A stretch of DNA of 64,000 nt from Tetramitus jugosus (lineage: Eukaryota; Protista; Heterolobosea), in contig OW569344.1 of assembly GCA_937625935.1 (NCBI GenBank), forward strand, positions 62,001 to 126,000, in the 5' to 3' direction. Shown one piece after another: positions 23,763-33,172 of the stretch; positions within the stretch are counted from its first letter, which is position 1; every line of letters starts with the position of its first letter. Both the position numbers and the translations under genes were made by a program. A model generated the notes under the pieces. The model saw nothing but the letters and a program-made list of their open reading frames with translations. It was not told where the DNA came from and did no database searches.

Positions 23763-25628
23763 TTACTCGATTTTTATAATTGTTGTATTTTCATTTGAAT
23801 CTTCGGCAGGTGTCTGATGTTGGAGATAAGAAGGAAGGTATTCCAGAGGTATTTTCCTCTCAATTGAACAAAACTCCTTACAATCAGGATCCGTACATCT
23901 TTGATAATATATACCACCTCCTCTGGCGAGAGAAACGACATAGAACACGTGGTTTGATTTGTGTTCCCGTTGAATGTTCTCACAATACTTGTTTCCACCA
24001 ATGTAAAACACCAGTCCCTCGGTTTCCTCATAGTAATTGAACCTGCGTATGAATCCATTAGGAACAATAGACAAGATAAACATCTTGATGAGATTAATTT
24101 CATCGGGAGTCATCCGCTCTGGTTCTTTCTTGAACTTGCTCACTGATCCCGGAGAATGGAATAACAAGGACCGCACAGGATGAACAGGACTACTTAAGAT
24201 TTCATGTTCACCATCACTCACAACAATTACCAATTCATCTCTATTACCCACATTGGAAATTAAAGAGTGTTCAAAGTATGCTTTCGGCAGTGATTCCATC
24301 TTGACTGGGAACGCGTACTTGTTAGAATCTGAAAGTCGCAGAAGGGCAATATCCTTGTGAGATAGTTGCTGTGCTGAATGCAGACCCAAGTGTGGTTGAT
24401 ATTTACAGGACAGAAACAAGCGGAATGCTCTGTTTCGAGTATAGACACCTTCATCAATAGCACTAACCCAGTTGTCGTCTTCAGCGTCTTTCTTCACAAA
24501 CAGAATCGATGAATCGACAGTCTTCTCATTTGTTGTCACATGGTTTCTCGTACAATTGATTTGTTGTCTGAGATTTGATATCCAATTCTTAATGAAGTGA
24601 CCCAATTCAACATTGTTTTCAAAAGCTACCAACTTGCCTGTTTCCTTGTCTTTCAAACGAATCAGTAAATGTCTTGAGAACTTGTATTGTGTGCTGGAGT
24701 CCATATCTAACACATTGTCCAACAACAGCTCGCATTGCACAGTCTTCTCCTTGCGATTCACAGCCGTAGCAAACTTTGTCCGGTGCAATTCGCGTTGCAA
24801 ATCACTTAGTATGAACGATATCAATTGCTCACCTTGATTCCAGTCAGAATTGGCTGCCTTATTCACTTCGATATCAAAATACATGAAACATGGGTGATCA
24901 TCATACCGAACAATCTCATAAAAGTGTCGCACATGATTCGGCAGCTTGTGATATGATTTCCAAAACGCTTCCAAACTCGCTACACAAAAGTACCTCTCCT
25001 GTTGTGATGCAGAAGGAGATCTCTGCTGCTCTAAACTGGGCGAAAACACAGCAACAGGTGAAAACGACCTCTTCAATCCATCTGTTTCATCACCACCACC
25101 ACCACCAGTTCTGTGCTTCCCAACTGCTGGTGACAAAGAAGAAGAAGATACAGGAGATGAAAAACGAGATGAAAAAGAGAACGATGACGACAACGACGAA
25201 CGCGAAGAATAAGAAAATACTTGATCCCAATTAGAGAACATGTCTCTCAAGTAAATGTCATGCAGTGGATTCCATTGAAACGAAAAGACAAAAATTTGCT
25301 CACGAACAAAAGCAAAGAGCTTCTTCTTGTGAGATTTGTTCTTTTGTAGCTCATCATTCTCTATATGACTCTGAATACCAGATATATAGGAAAAGGCATG
25401 TTCTTGCTTCCTGAACACTTTGCACAGATGACTAAATTGATTCATTTGAGAAGTGAAGCGTTGATTGGACACTTTTCTCATTTGTTCAATGAAATCAATG
25501 CTGTTGGGGTCATTGTTGGTTGGTGTCAATGGAGCTCCTGTTGTTGCCGTTGTCGTCCATCGAAGTCTCTTGTTATTATCATTGTTGCTGCTGTCATCAA
25601 TGATGTTGTCGTTTGTTTCTTCTGACAT
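23763..25628 (-). CDS. PRIMPOL: DNA primase/polymerase PrimPol (AEP superfamily)
   Basis: HFYEIV, MYFDIE (DxE motif I), KFSRH (SxH), DEGVYTRNRAFR (motif III), C-terminal UL52-type Zn finger CENIQREHKSN...CTDPDC. Confidence 0.95.
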   Translation of the reverse strand: MSEETNDNIIDDSSNNDNNKRLRWTTTATTGAPLTPTNNDPNSIDFIEQMRKVSNQRFTSQMNQFSHLCKVFRKQEHAFSYISGIQSHIENDELQKNKSHKKKLFAFVREQIFVFSFQWNPLHDIYLRDMFSNWDQVFSYSSRSSLSSSFSFSSRFSSPVSSSSLSPAVGKHRTGGGGGDETDGLKRSFSPVAVFSPSLEQQRSPSASQQERYFCVASLEAFWKSYHKLPNHVRHFYEIVRYDDHPCFMYFDIEVNKAANSDWNQGEQLISFILSDLQRELHRTKFATAVNRKEKTVQCELLLDNVLDMDSSTQYKFSRHLLIRLKDKETGKLVAFENNVELGHFIKNWISNLRQQINCTRNHVTTNEKTVDSSILFVKKDAEDDNWVSAIDEGVYTRNRAFRLFLSCKYQPHLGLHSAQQLSHKDIALLRLSDSNKYAFPVKMESLPKAYFEHSLISNVGNRDELVIVVSDGEHEILSSPVHPVRSLLFHSPGSVSKFKKEPERMTPDEINLIKMFILSIVPNGFIRRFNYYEETEGLVFYIGGNKYCENIQREHKSNHVFYVVSLARGGGIYYQRCTDPDCKEFCSIERKIPLEYLPSYLQHQTPAEDSNENTTIIKIE

Positions 25629-25660
25629 TTGTGGTTCGATTTTTTGGAGGAAGTAAGGAA

Positions 25661-25668
25661 TTTGGCGC
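25661..25668. promoter_or_regulatory. E2F-like element TTTGGCGC upstream of PrimPol
   Basis: Exact TTTSSCGC match 33-40 bp upstream of the ATG at 25628. Confidence 0.45.
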
Positions 25669-25748
25669 GCTTTTCTTTCACGCACGTTTTATTGGTGAGA
25701 GACTCTTGGTATAATACAACGGTGATGTGTGGAGAGTGACCGAATCGA

Positions 25749-26441
25749 TTAGGTTTGGAGACCAGAGATGACCTTTAAGAAAGCATGATAACCCTCTCTA
25801 GAAATCATATCACAAATGTTGTCACCGAAACAACCAGTCAAATCGTTGCCCTTGGCGTCCAAGACTGCCAAACGAGGGAAGTCATTGACATGAAACTTGG
25901 CCATGAGAGTGTCCTTTCTTAGAGCATCATGAAACGGAATTGCCAACCATGGCATTTCATATTCGTTCATGAACTGAATCATGTCATTCTCTGTTTCGTC
26001 CGAAGAAACAAACACAATTTCAAATGGGTTCTTGTGATGCGTGGATCGAATGTAGCTCTTGTATGCAGTAATGAGCTTTGGTGTGAATTCTTGACATTCC
26101 TTGTTCCAATGTGCAGCAAAGTACACACCGACCACTTTGTTCTCTAGAGCTTCCCGAGCGTCGACCCTTTTCCAATGTCGATCAACCAATGGTTCGTGTC
26201 CCAACACGGGGTGATCATAACCCTTTTGATAGTATTGATCATTTTGTTGAATGTTTTTGGCATCGGGGTGTTCCTTGAGCCACTTTTCTTGTTGATTCCT
26301 CTTGTAGATTTCCATATTGATATTGTTGAAGTATGAAGGTGTTTTTGATTTGTAAAAGTCATTATCATCACGTGATGATACAACACGTCTGGGATCCTTT
26401 TGACTGATCAACTTGATAGAGCTATTTTGAGCGGAATCCAA
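25749..26441 (-). CDS. Nucleoredoxin/tryparedoxin-like thioredoxin-fold protein lacking the N-terminal active-site Cys
   Basis: VGVYFAAHWNKECQEFTPKL, FEIVFVSSD, MPWLAIPF motifs; start uncertain (first ATG 26315). Confidence 0.85.
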   Translation of the reverse strand: MDSAQNSSIKLISQKDPRRVVSSRDDNDFYKSKTPSYFNNINMEIYKRNQQEKWLKEHPDAKNIQQNDQYYQKGYDHPVLGHEPLVDRHWKRVDAREALENKVVGVYFAAHWNKECQEFTPKLITAYKSYIRSTHHKNPFEIVFVSSDETENDMIQFMNEYEMPWLAIPFHDALRKDTLMAKFHVNDFPRLAVLDAKGNDLTGCFGDNICDMISREGYHAFLKVISGLQT

Positions 26442-26683
26442 AAATGAAACAGAGTCGGAGTTGTAGACAGCCAGTCAATCATCAAGCAATTTACAGTATC
26501 TCAAGACAAAAGCAAAGAACGTAATGCTTTCTCTGTGATCGATTCTTGATTGCATTCATCTCGAGGGACTGAGAGTATTCGCGGTACTTCCTCTCAGTCC
26601 CTCGAGACCAATCTCTCGTAAACTATCTTGAAGAATATCATCCATTGTCGTTTGTCTCCACTGTTTTGGTTTTTTGATCCAGC

Positions 26684-27124
26684 ATGGTCAATGTGACAAC
26701 TGTTGATGCTGTGAGCATGAAGCTTCGAACGTTTGGCTCTCCAAGAGTAGGAAACAAAAAGTTTGCAATTGCACTGAATCAATACGTGCCTCAATCTCGA
26801 CGTTACGTGTCTGAATATGGCACAACATTTGACCTTCAGGAAGATTTCGTGACTGGCCAACCATCAACTGCACTAGGCTACTACCATGTCAACCAAAAGT
26901 TTACGGTCCGTTGTGAAGACAATGATTCATTTATGTGTCACAGGTTAAAGAACTATTGGGCAGCACTGGATCCATTGTCCACTTCTCTCACGAGTTACTT
27001 TAACCAGTACAGTGAGGCAGTGAGTGATGAAATTTCGTCCGGCCCCTCAATGCTCTCATCCTTCTCAATCTCTTTGGTTGTTAGTGTTGCAACATTGGCG
27101 GCAATCGTTATAAACTGTTCGTAA
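26684..27124 (+). pseudogene. C-terminal fragment of a class-3 lipase-like gene with hydrophobic tail
   Basis: TFGSPRVGNKKFA, DFVT..P, GYYHV and terminal H..Y motif; the GHSLG nucleophile elbow was not found upstream. Confidence 0.65.
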
Positions 27125-27424
27125 ATGGGAGTTTGCTGCAATCCTGCGTTATTGCGTGAGCGTTGACCAATGAGCTGTAATAGTTGGTTTCGCTCCTAAG
27201 AATCGATTAGATTATTGTCATGCCTACCACAAATGATCAGTGACAGTGGAGTACATGACAGCAGCACAGACTATGGACAATACAAGGGTGACTTGTGGGA
27301 CAAATTCACCGAAATTAACATTAGTAAATAAAATGTAAAGGATTTGCATCACAAAATCACAGTCCTTTAACAATACTCCTACTATTGGATCACCATCTCC
27401 AGCTCTTATTGCAGGCCATAAGCT

Positions 27425-28603
27425 TCAACTTAACAATACATCTTCAGTCTTCTTATTCAAACCTTCTGAAAATACTTCGATGACCCGTTCGACACGGTCG
27501 ACAAAAAAATCCAGAGCGTTTGGCTTTAGCTGAAGTGCTGAGAAAATATCATGAGTGTATCGGTGGGCATCACGAACTGCTCTCAACAGTGATTCTTTTC
27601 CTAATCGAAGAAAAACTTCTCTCGCAGATTTCTTCCTTCTGGCGATATCTCTCGTGAAAAAGGCATATCGAATGACGGGATCACTTGAGTCTTGGTAGTC
27701 GTGTTGACCATTTCCCTTCAAGAAAGATTGGTAGTTTTCCTCTGGAGTAAGAGTCAATGCAACGACAAAATCAATGATCACCAGCTTCTCCGTACGAGTC
27801 GCAAATCCGAAGTTATCGTAATTTGGTGTGACATCAGTCAAACTACAGATTCTGGTGACTAAATCTAACTCTGACAACTGGACAAGAAGATTTTTCGCAC
27901 CTAAACTTAAACGTTCTTCATCCAAATCACCTTCGGTCAGCATTATTTCGATCTCTCGGAAGTATCTACCAATTTCACTGTTTCGAGCTTGACTGTATGT
28001 CAAGAACTCTCCCTGTTGATTTGTTTCCTCATCATACCCCGCGTCAAGAGTGGCAATGTAGAACTCTTTTGGAGAGTCAAAGAAGAAATGAACCTTCGGA
28101 CCCATTCGAATCTGCTCCAAAAACTTGTACACTAGAATTTCTGAAGCTTTAACAGGATTTTCAATTGTCCTCGTTGATTTTTCAGGGTCCAGTTGTCCTC
28201 CTCTGTGAGTTTTAACATAAAATATCATGTTTTTTTCTTCACAACGAAGAGAAACAATTTGGCCTAATTGAATACCTTTCTTCTTCTTTCTGATCTCCAA
28301 TTCCCATCCAGGGTATTCATCTCCAAAGAACTTTCGGATACCCTTTTGTAGCATCACAACGGGAAGCTCTCTGAGGATGTCCAAATTATCTTGGATGAAT
28401 AGGTCCATTGTGTCTAGGGCAATGAAGTTTTCAGTTTCTCTGGGGTACCCACGGGAGAGTCTAGATGATAAATTTCGGATTTGCTCTAAAACCCTCTTTT
28501 TACTGGTAAGGCTTGTGAGTTGCTTTACCCCTTCCATATGGTCACTGAACTTTACTCTAAGTTCCTCACTCATTCTTGAGATGCAGTTTTCCACAACATC
28601 CAA
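27425..28603 (-). CDS. Hypothetical protein with atypical kinase-like fold
   Basis: FYVKTH (Lys), EILVYKFLEQIRMGP (Glu helix), LTDVTPNYDNFG (D..N catalytic-like) and VIIDF motifs in kinase order; first ATG 28573. Confidence 0.55.
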   Translation of the reverse strand: MDVVENCISRMSEELRVKFSDHMEGVKQLTSLTSKKRVLEQIRNLSSRLSRGYPRETENFIALDTMDLFIQDNLDILRELPVVMLQKGIRKFFGDEYPGWELEIRKKKKGIQLGQIVSLRCEEKNMIFYVKTHRGGQLDPEKSTRTIENPVKASEILVYKFLEQIRMGPKVHFFFDSPKEFYIATLDAGYDEETNQQGEFLTYSQARNSEIGRYFREIEIMLTEGDLDEERLSLGAKNLLVQLSELDLVTRICSLTDVTPNYDNFGFATRTEKLVIIDFVVALTLTPEENYQSFLKGNGQHDYQDSSDPVIRYAFFTRDIARRKKSAREVFLRLGKESLLRAVRDAHRYTHDIFSALQLKPNALDFFVDRVERVIEVFSEGLNKKTEDVLLS

Positions 28604-28736
28604 TGTTTCTCTTATTACTCCATCTTGTTGATTCGTTTGTTTGGTTTACAGAAAAACGGATATAAATTCCTTTCTCCGGTTTCCGAGCTGCGACTGTAAA
28701 TCGTTGGCGCGCAACAATTTTCGAACCGGCAAAACG

Positions 28737-28795
28737 TTCTCCTAGGTGGAATCGAACCACCGTCAACGGATTCAAAGTCCGCTATCATACCACTA
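28737..28795 (-). tRNA. tRNA-Gln(TTG) gene lacking its 5' ~13 nt (pseudo-tRNA)
   Basis: Minus strand: TAGTGGTATGAT-A-GCGGA CT TTG AA TCCGT-TGAC-GGTGG TTCGATT CCACC-TAGGAGA-A then CG TTTT; anticodon arm, T arm/B box and terminator are intact, but upstream bases (CACTGAA) cannot pair with TAGGAGA. Confidence 0.85.
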
Positions 28796-28850
28796 AAGTG
28801 TTTCAGTGTGAAAAGTGTCCCCTGTTTATTTATTTAGTTAGAAACCATAA

Positions 28851-30161
28851 AAAAAAACGCAGAAAAAAACGGAATCACATGTCTGGTGATTCAACAAATT
28901 TGGTGAAGGAATACGGCAACAGCCGTTATGCAGTGTGGACCACTGCACGGAAAGGCTCTAGGCCAAGCGACAGAGTGGTGGTCATTACTGGCAACGGTAA
29001 TGGTGTCTCTCAGTCATCTTTGGCAAGAAAGATAGGAGAGGAGTTTGGTGACTGGCTCAACCGAGTCCAGGTCATCAAGAGGAAAGGCCAGCAACGCTTT
29101 GTTGCACGGTCAAGGGTGATCGCATCTATGACTTTGTTGAGTTGTTCAATAAAGAGAGGAGGATTGGCAACAGCACTGCTGCACCCAAGCGCAGTGTTAA
29201 TTGCACAAGAAAGGTGGTCGTCCATGGCATGAAGAACATGTCAGTGGACGACATCAAGAAGCTACTGGGGCCTGAGAAGGTTGCCAGTGTGCTCAAGAAG
29301 CGTGACACTGCTTTCGTGGTCATGGGTGACGAAACCTATGCACGAGCAGTGCTCAGTGGAGAGAACAAGGTAAAGGCCACGGTCACTCGATACGTCGAGA
29401 GACCACATGATCCTCTCAAGGCTGTCAACAAGAGGTTGACGAAGATATACGAGGAGCTGCTGACGGTGGTTGACGGACTGCGTCGACAGGTCACAGAACT
29501 CACCAAGGAATTAGGAAAGACAAAGGGTCAAGGGGGCAACAAACCGGTACCAATGCCGGAACAAGCAGTTGCCCAAGCCACTGCTAGGATGGAGACCACT
29601 CCTGAGCTAGTGGAGGCAGAAGAACAGAGGACTGTAGCAACACCACTGCCATCAGTGCCTGTTGTACAGCTCAGTGCTGAGAACCGGCAAATTCTGGAGC
29701 AAGTGAATGCCACTTCTCCAGTGTTCGCCAGAGTGAAAAAGGAAATTGCTGCATTGGCGCTGGCTGCTGCACGCAAAAGGTATGGTTTGACTGAGGACGA
29801 ACCAGTCATTGTGGATGTGGATGATGACTCCGAAAAGGAGATTCAGAGTCCACAACTCAATGACAACAAGAAGAGGAGTGCCAGGATCACACTGGGTGAT
29901 CTGATGAGCAACAAGGCCCAAAACAAGAAAAAAACAACAGATGGCTCTGTGTCCATCGACGGTCCTACTACAAGGTTACGCTCTTTGATGAAGGGCATCA
30001 ACCAAAACACTCACCAGAGTGATTATTCCAACCTGTAGATGCACCGTCGGGGACAACAAGAGAAGAAGAGTGAATGACGCCCTACGGGTCGTCACTCACA
30101 AAATAAGTCAATAAATGAGCAATCGTGTGCTTGCTCATGGTTGTATGGAACAAAAAAAAAA
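28851..30161 (+). mobile_element. Non-autonomous non-LTR retrotransposon copy (ORF1 only, poly(A) tail, 14-bp TSD)
   Basis: GTTAGAAACCATAA at 28837-28850 and 30162-30175; A10 at 30152-30161; RRM/coiled-coil ORF inside whose homolog at 31017 is followed by an APE-like ORF2 start. Confidence 0.8.
28879..30038 (+). pseudogene. Retrotransposon ORF1-like protein (RRM-like plus coiled coil), one frameshift near 29100-29150
   Basis: VKEYGNSRYAVWTT, KVVVHGM (RNP2-like), TAFVVM (RNP1-like), heptad region; all blocks are shared with the ORF at 31017. Confidence 0.7.
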
Positions 30162-30175
30162 GTTAGAAACCATAA

Positions 30176-30584
30176 TGACAGTAGGAGACGAGTTAGTGGA
30201 GTTAGAAGTGGCACGACAGAGTTACATCGACATATGGTTTGACAACTTGCGAGATGGAAGGCAAGTTGTCGCGAAGACCTATAAGGAAAACGAGCAAAGA
30301 ATACCTTCAAGGAATGATGGGCATCGAGGTAGATACCAACGAGCAGGCAACAGATGGATTGGTGCTTAACGGGATGAAGAAGTCAATAGCCGCAAAGAAA
30401 ACAAAAACATTCGTGAACAGTGTGAAGCGGAGATGTCTCACAACCCTCCATCAACTGTTCACTTCAACTAAGGAGAAACAGGAGCTATTGGTATATATTG
30501 GTCAGACTCTTGCTGCCAGTCTTGACAGGATCACGTGGGCGTGGAAGGAAGCGCTTTGGCAGAGCGGCTAAATAAAAAAAAAAA
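30176..30584 (+). mobile_element. 3' end of an older 5'-truncated non-LTR copy (decayed ORF2 C-terminus plus poly(A))
   Basis: Broken reading frames ending in TAA at 30571, almost directly followed by A11 (30574-30584); joins across the TSD to 28796-28850, which encodes CEKCPL...ETI, a zinc-knuckle-like remnant. Confidence 0.5.
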
Positions 30585-30663
30585 TTTAAAGTTTTTTAAT
30601 ACAACGCGCAGTTGCTCACTTTATTGTATATCATTCTTTCAAATAGTTTCTCTTATTCTCACT

Positions 30664-30949
30664 GTGCCGCTCGAAGAGCGGCACTTATCTTTGATCGCTT
30701 CTTGTGTTCGTTGAGTTGGGGACTCTGTAACTCGCAGTCGGGGTTACTGAGATATTTCTAGGACTACGGAGCCATCTGACCTCACCAGTGGTGCTCCAGA
30801 TGGTAGTGGAGGTCCTCGCAACGAATCCCTGAAGAAGGGATCAAAACAACATTCCAAGAAGAGAATGAATCCTGTTGCGTAGGCCTGCCACTCCACTGGG
30901 CAAGCACCACATCATGTTAGGCAATTGAGAGCAGACAAGCCTGCTCTCA
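30664..30949. other. Hairpin-rich, GC-elevated segment (candidate structured RNA, SINE or retroelement UTR)
   Basis: Perfect 9-bp stems at 30664-30684 and 30926-30949 plus internal stems CCATCTG/CAGATGG, ATCCCT/AGGGAT, CATTC/GAATG and GCAAC/GTTGC; followed by an A-rich tail. Confidence 0.5.
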
Positions 30950-31016
30950 CACAAAAGAAAAATAAAAGTTCCGCACCACGTTTTGTATTAAAGAAAAATA
31001 TTTAGCCGCTCTGCGA

Positions 31017-32030
31017 ATGCAAACAAACAGAAACAATCCATCCTCCTCAATGGATGTCCGGGAGTATGTCAAGAACAGACACGCGGTGTGGACTACAATC
31101 CCTAAAGGCACCATGGGAAAGTGTGTGAAAAGTGCAAAGGCATATATCAAGAGAGGATTAGATAATGACAAGAAACTTGTCGTTCATGGAGTAGAAGGTA
31201 AAACAGAGATAGAGATTTCCGAATTGGTCGGTGCAGATAAGGTGCAACAGGTAGTGCTCACAAACAACACGGCGTTTGTGACTATGAAATCCCAAACATA
31301 CGCCCAAATTGTAGCAGATCACTCGTTGAATATGAAGGTCACCAAATACATGGAGCATAAGGAGGAACCACACATGGTAGTGAACAAAAAGATTGAGAAC
31401 ACCAAGAGACAATTAATACTGATGATGGAAACTCTCAGCAGAAGAGTAGCTAAATTAGAGCTGAAGTTAAAGAAATTCACAAAGGGACAAACTGAAGTGC
31501 AGAGAAAGACAAAGAGCTAAGAAAGTTCCTCAAGAGGCAGCCAGTCATTTACCGAACCAGCCAAACGGGAGTGATACTATCAATGATAATCTAAACAACG
31601 TATCAAGTAACTGGGAGTCGGTATTGCTCACTAATGATGGCGAAAACATGCAGGATGAAGTTGAAACATCACCACAGCGAGGACGCAGCAAGAGCACAAG
31701 TACTTTAACAAGCAGATCAGCGTTTCACGAACTTGCAGAGTTGTGTTTGAGCAACGATCATAACACTCCAGTGAAGAGCAATGGTAAAAGATGTTCAACC
31801 ACACAAATGGACGAGTTAAACCAGAAGAAGAGACAAATGATCAATACACCAGCTCGACTTCCAACTATCAGAAGCAGGGAGGCATCTGCAAGTGTGCCGA
31901 TAAGCGACTCTAACTTATGTTAGAAGTAGTATGGTACAATGTCAATGGACTGCCTGGTAAGTTGACATAATCAACATGTTGGAGCAAGGGAATGTCGAAA
32001 CAAGAATTTTACACCAGGAGCAGATGGCGA
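31017..32030 (+). mobile_element. Second, divergent non-LTR retrotransposon remnant: broken ORF1 (31017-31923) and start of APE-endonuclease ORF2 (ATG 31917)
   Basis: ORF1 homologous to 28879-30038, including the C-terminal SD(Y)SNL; overlapping ATG reads MLEVVWYNVNGLPGKLT*, matching the APE N-terminal NVNGL motif. Confidence 0.75.
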
Positions 32031-32307
32031 GGGGCAACTGGAAGCAATACACTACGTACTCATCAGTGAGTAACAGAAAATCAAACTATGTTTAGAAATA
32101 ACGGAAGTATGTGGCCTAATCCTCTTATGACGGGAACAATGAGTAACATTTTTCCTCACAAACATGGTCGAGCCTCTGTAGAAATATTTGACTGTACCAT
32201 CCAGTATGTCAAGACTCGGAGTTAAAATGTACAGCTCAGTGGAAGTGGTCTATTCATTTTGATCCTGAGGAAGCTAACATCTCTTGCAAGGGATCTCATT
32301 GTCCTGA

Positions 32308-33125
32308 ATGGAGACCAACTTCGAAACTTTATCGAGGTCTCACAACCTTCTCACAACCTCCCAAAAGAACCAAGTCTTACAACAAACACAAGTGTACGGT
32401 ACAACAAGCAGCAAAATGGCTGAAGCTCTGGGTGTAAACTCCAGAATGGTTCGAAATTTTATTGATCATGTGAACAAGAATAAACAACTTTCCAAGGACC
32501 ATTTCACCGCCTTCAAAATGGAATTACAAGAGTTGATGAAGAACTCCAGTGATCTTCATGTTATTATACCTCAGGGATCAGTAGATTCAATGGAAATGAA
32601 TAGATTCTCCGTACTCTTATTATCGAAAAGCTTAATATCCTTTGCAGTGGAGAAGGGAAGAATATTTGAAGTGATTGGTCATGATGGAGTCTATAAGGTT
32701 ACGGAACAAGGTGTCCCGATCAATCTGTATACAACTGTTACACACAAAGAATTTCGAGGAATTGTTCTCGGCTATTCTATTGCAAGCCAGAATTGTAGAA
32801 CTTTAAAAGCACTGATCCAATCATTTCCTCTACTTACAAGAAACCTATCCAGTACCAGAGAACAATGTTTTCTGTGGATGAAGAAGAGTCAGATCAATGC
32901 ACTCTTACAACTTCAAGTTATGTATTTGCAGATTGGAACGATGGAGAACTACTGGGGCATCCGTATGGCAGGAATAAAACATGGACCAGTACCATATTGC
33001 AAATGCTGGTGTGGGAGGCGATGGAACGCAACATGTACTATGGAGATTGGTGGAGGGAAAGTTGTTGGATTACATTGCATTTCTCATTGAGGGAGCTGAG
33101 CGGCAGTAATGATGAAATGCAGTAA
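32308..33125 (+). pseudogene. MULE (Mutator)-like transposase fragment
   Basis: VIGHDGVYKVT..GVPINLYTTV...GIVLGYSI resembles the first catalytic-Asp region of the MULE domain; frameshifted downstream (FSVDEE in another frame). Confidence 0.6.
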
Positions 33126-33172
33126 ATAAGTTAACTGAGCGGAAGTAATGGAATTCCAAATGGTTACAATGG

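Noticed and set aside
28718-28730. Extra B box downstream of the tRNA (GGTTCGAAAA on the minus strand)
   Set aside because: Only a partial match to GTTCRANNC; could be chance.
30828-30850. Hammerhead ribozyme core (CTGAAGA)
   Set aside because: No stem II followed by GAAA; the word sits in the loop of a simple ATCCCT/AGGGAT hairpin.
30710-30950. SRP (7SL) RNA call
   Set aside because: An Alu-like TGTAA junction is present, but there is no helix-8 GNRA motif or nearby T-run terminator; kept only as an unidentified structured segment.
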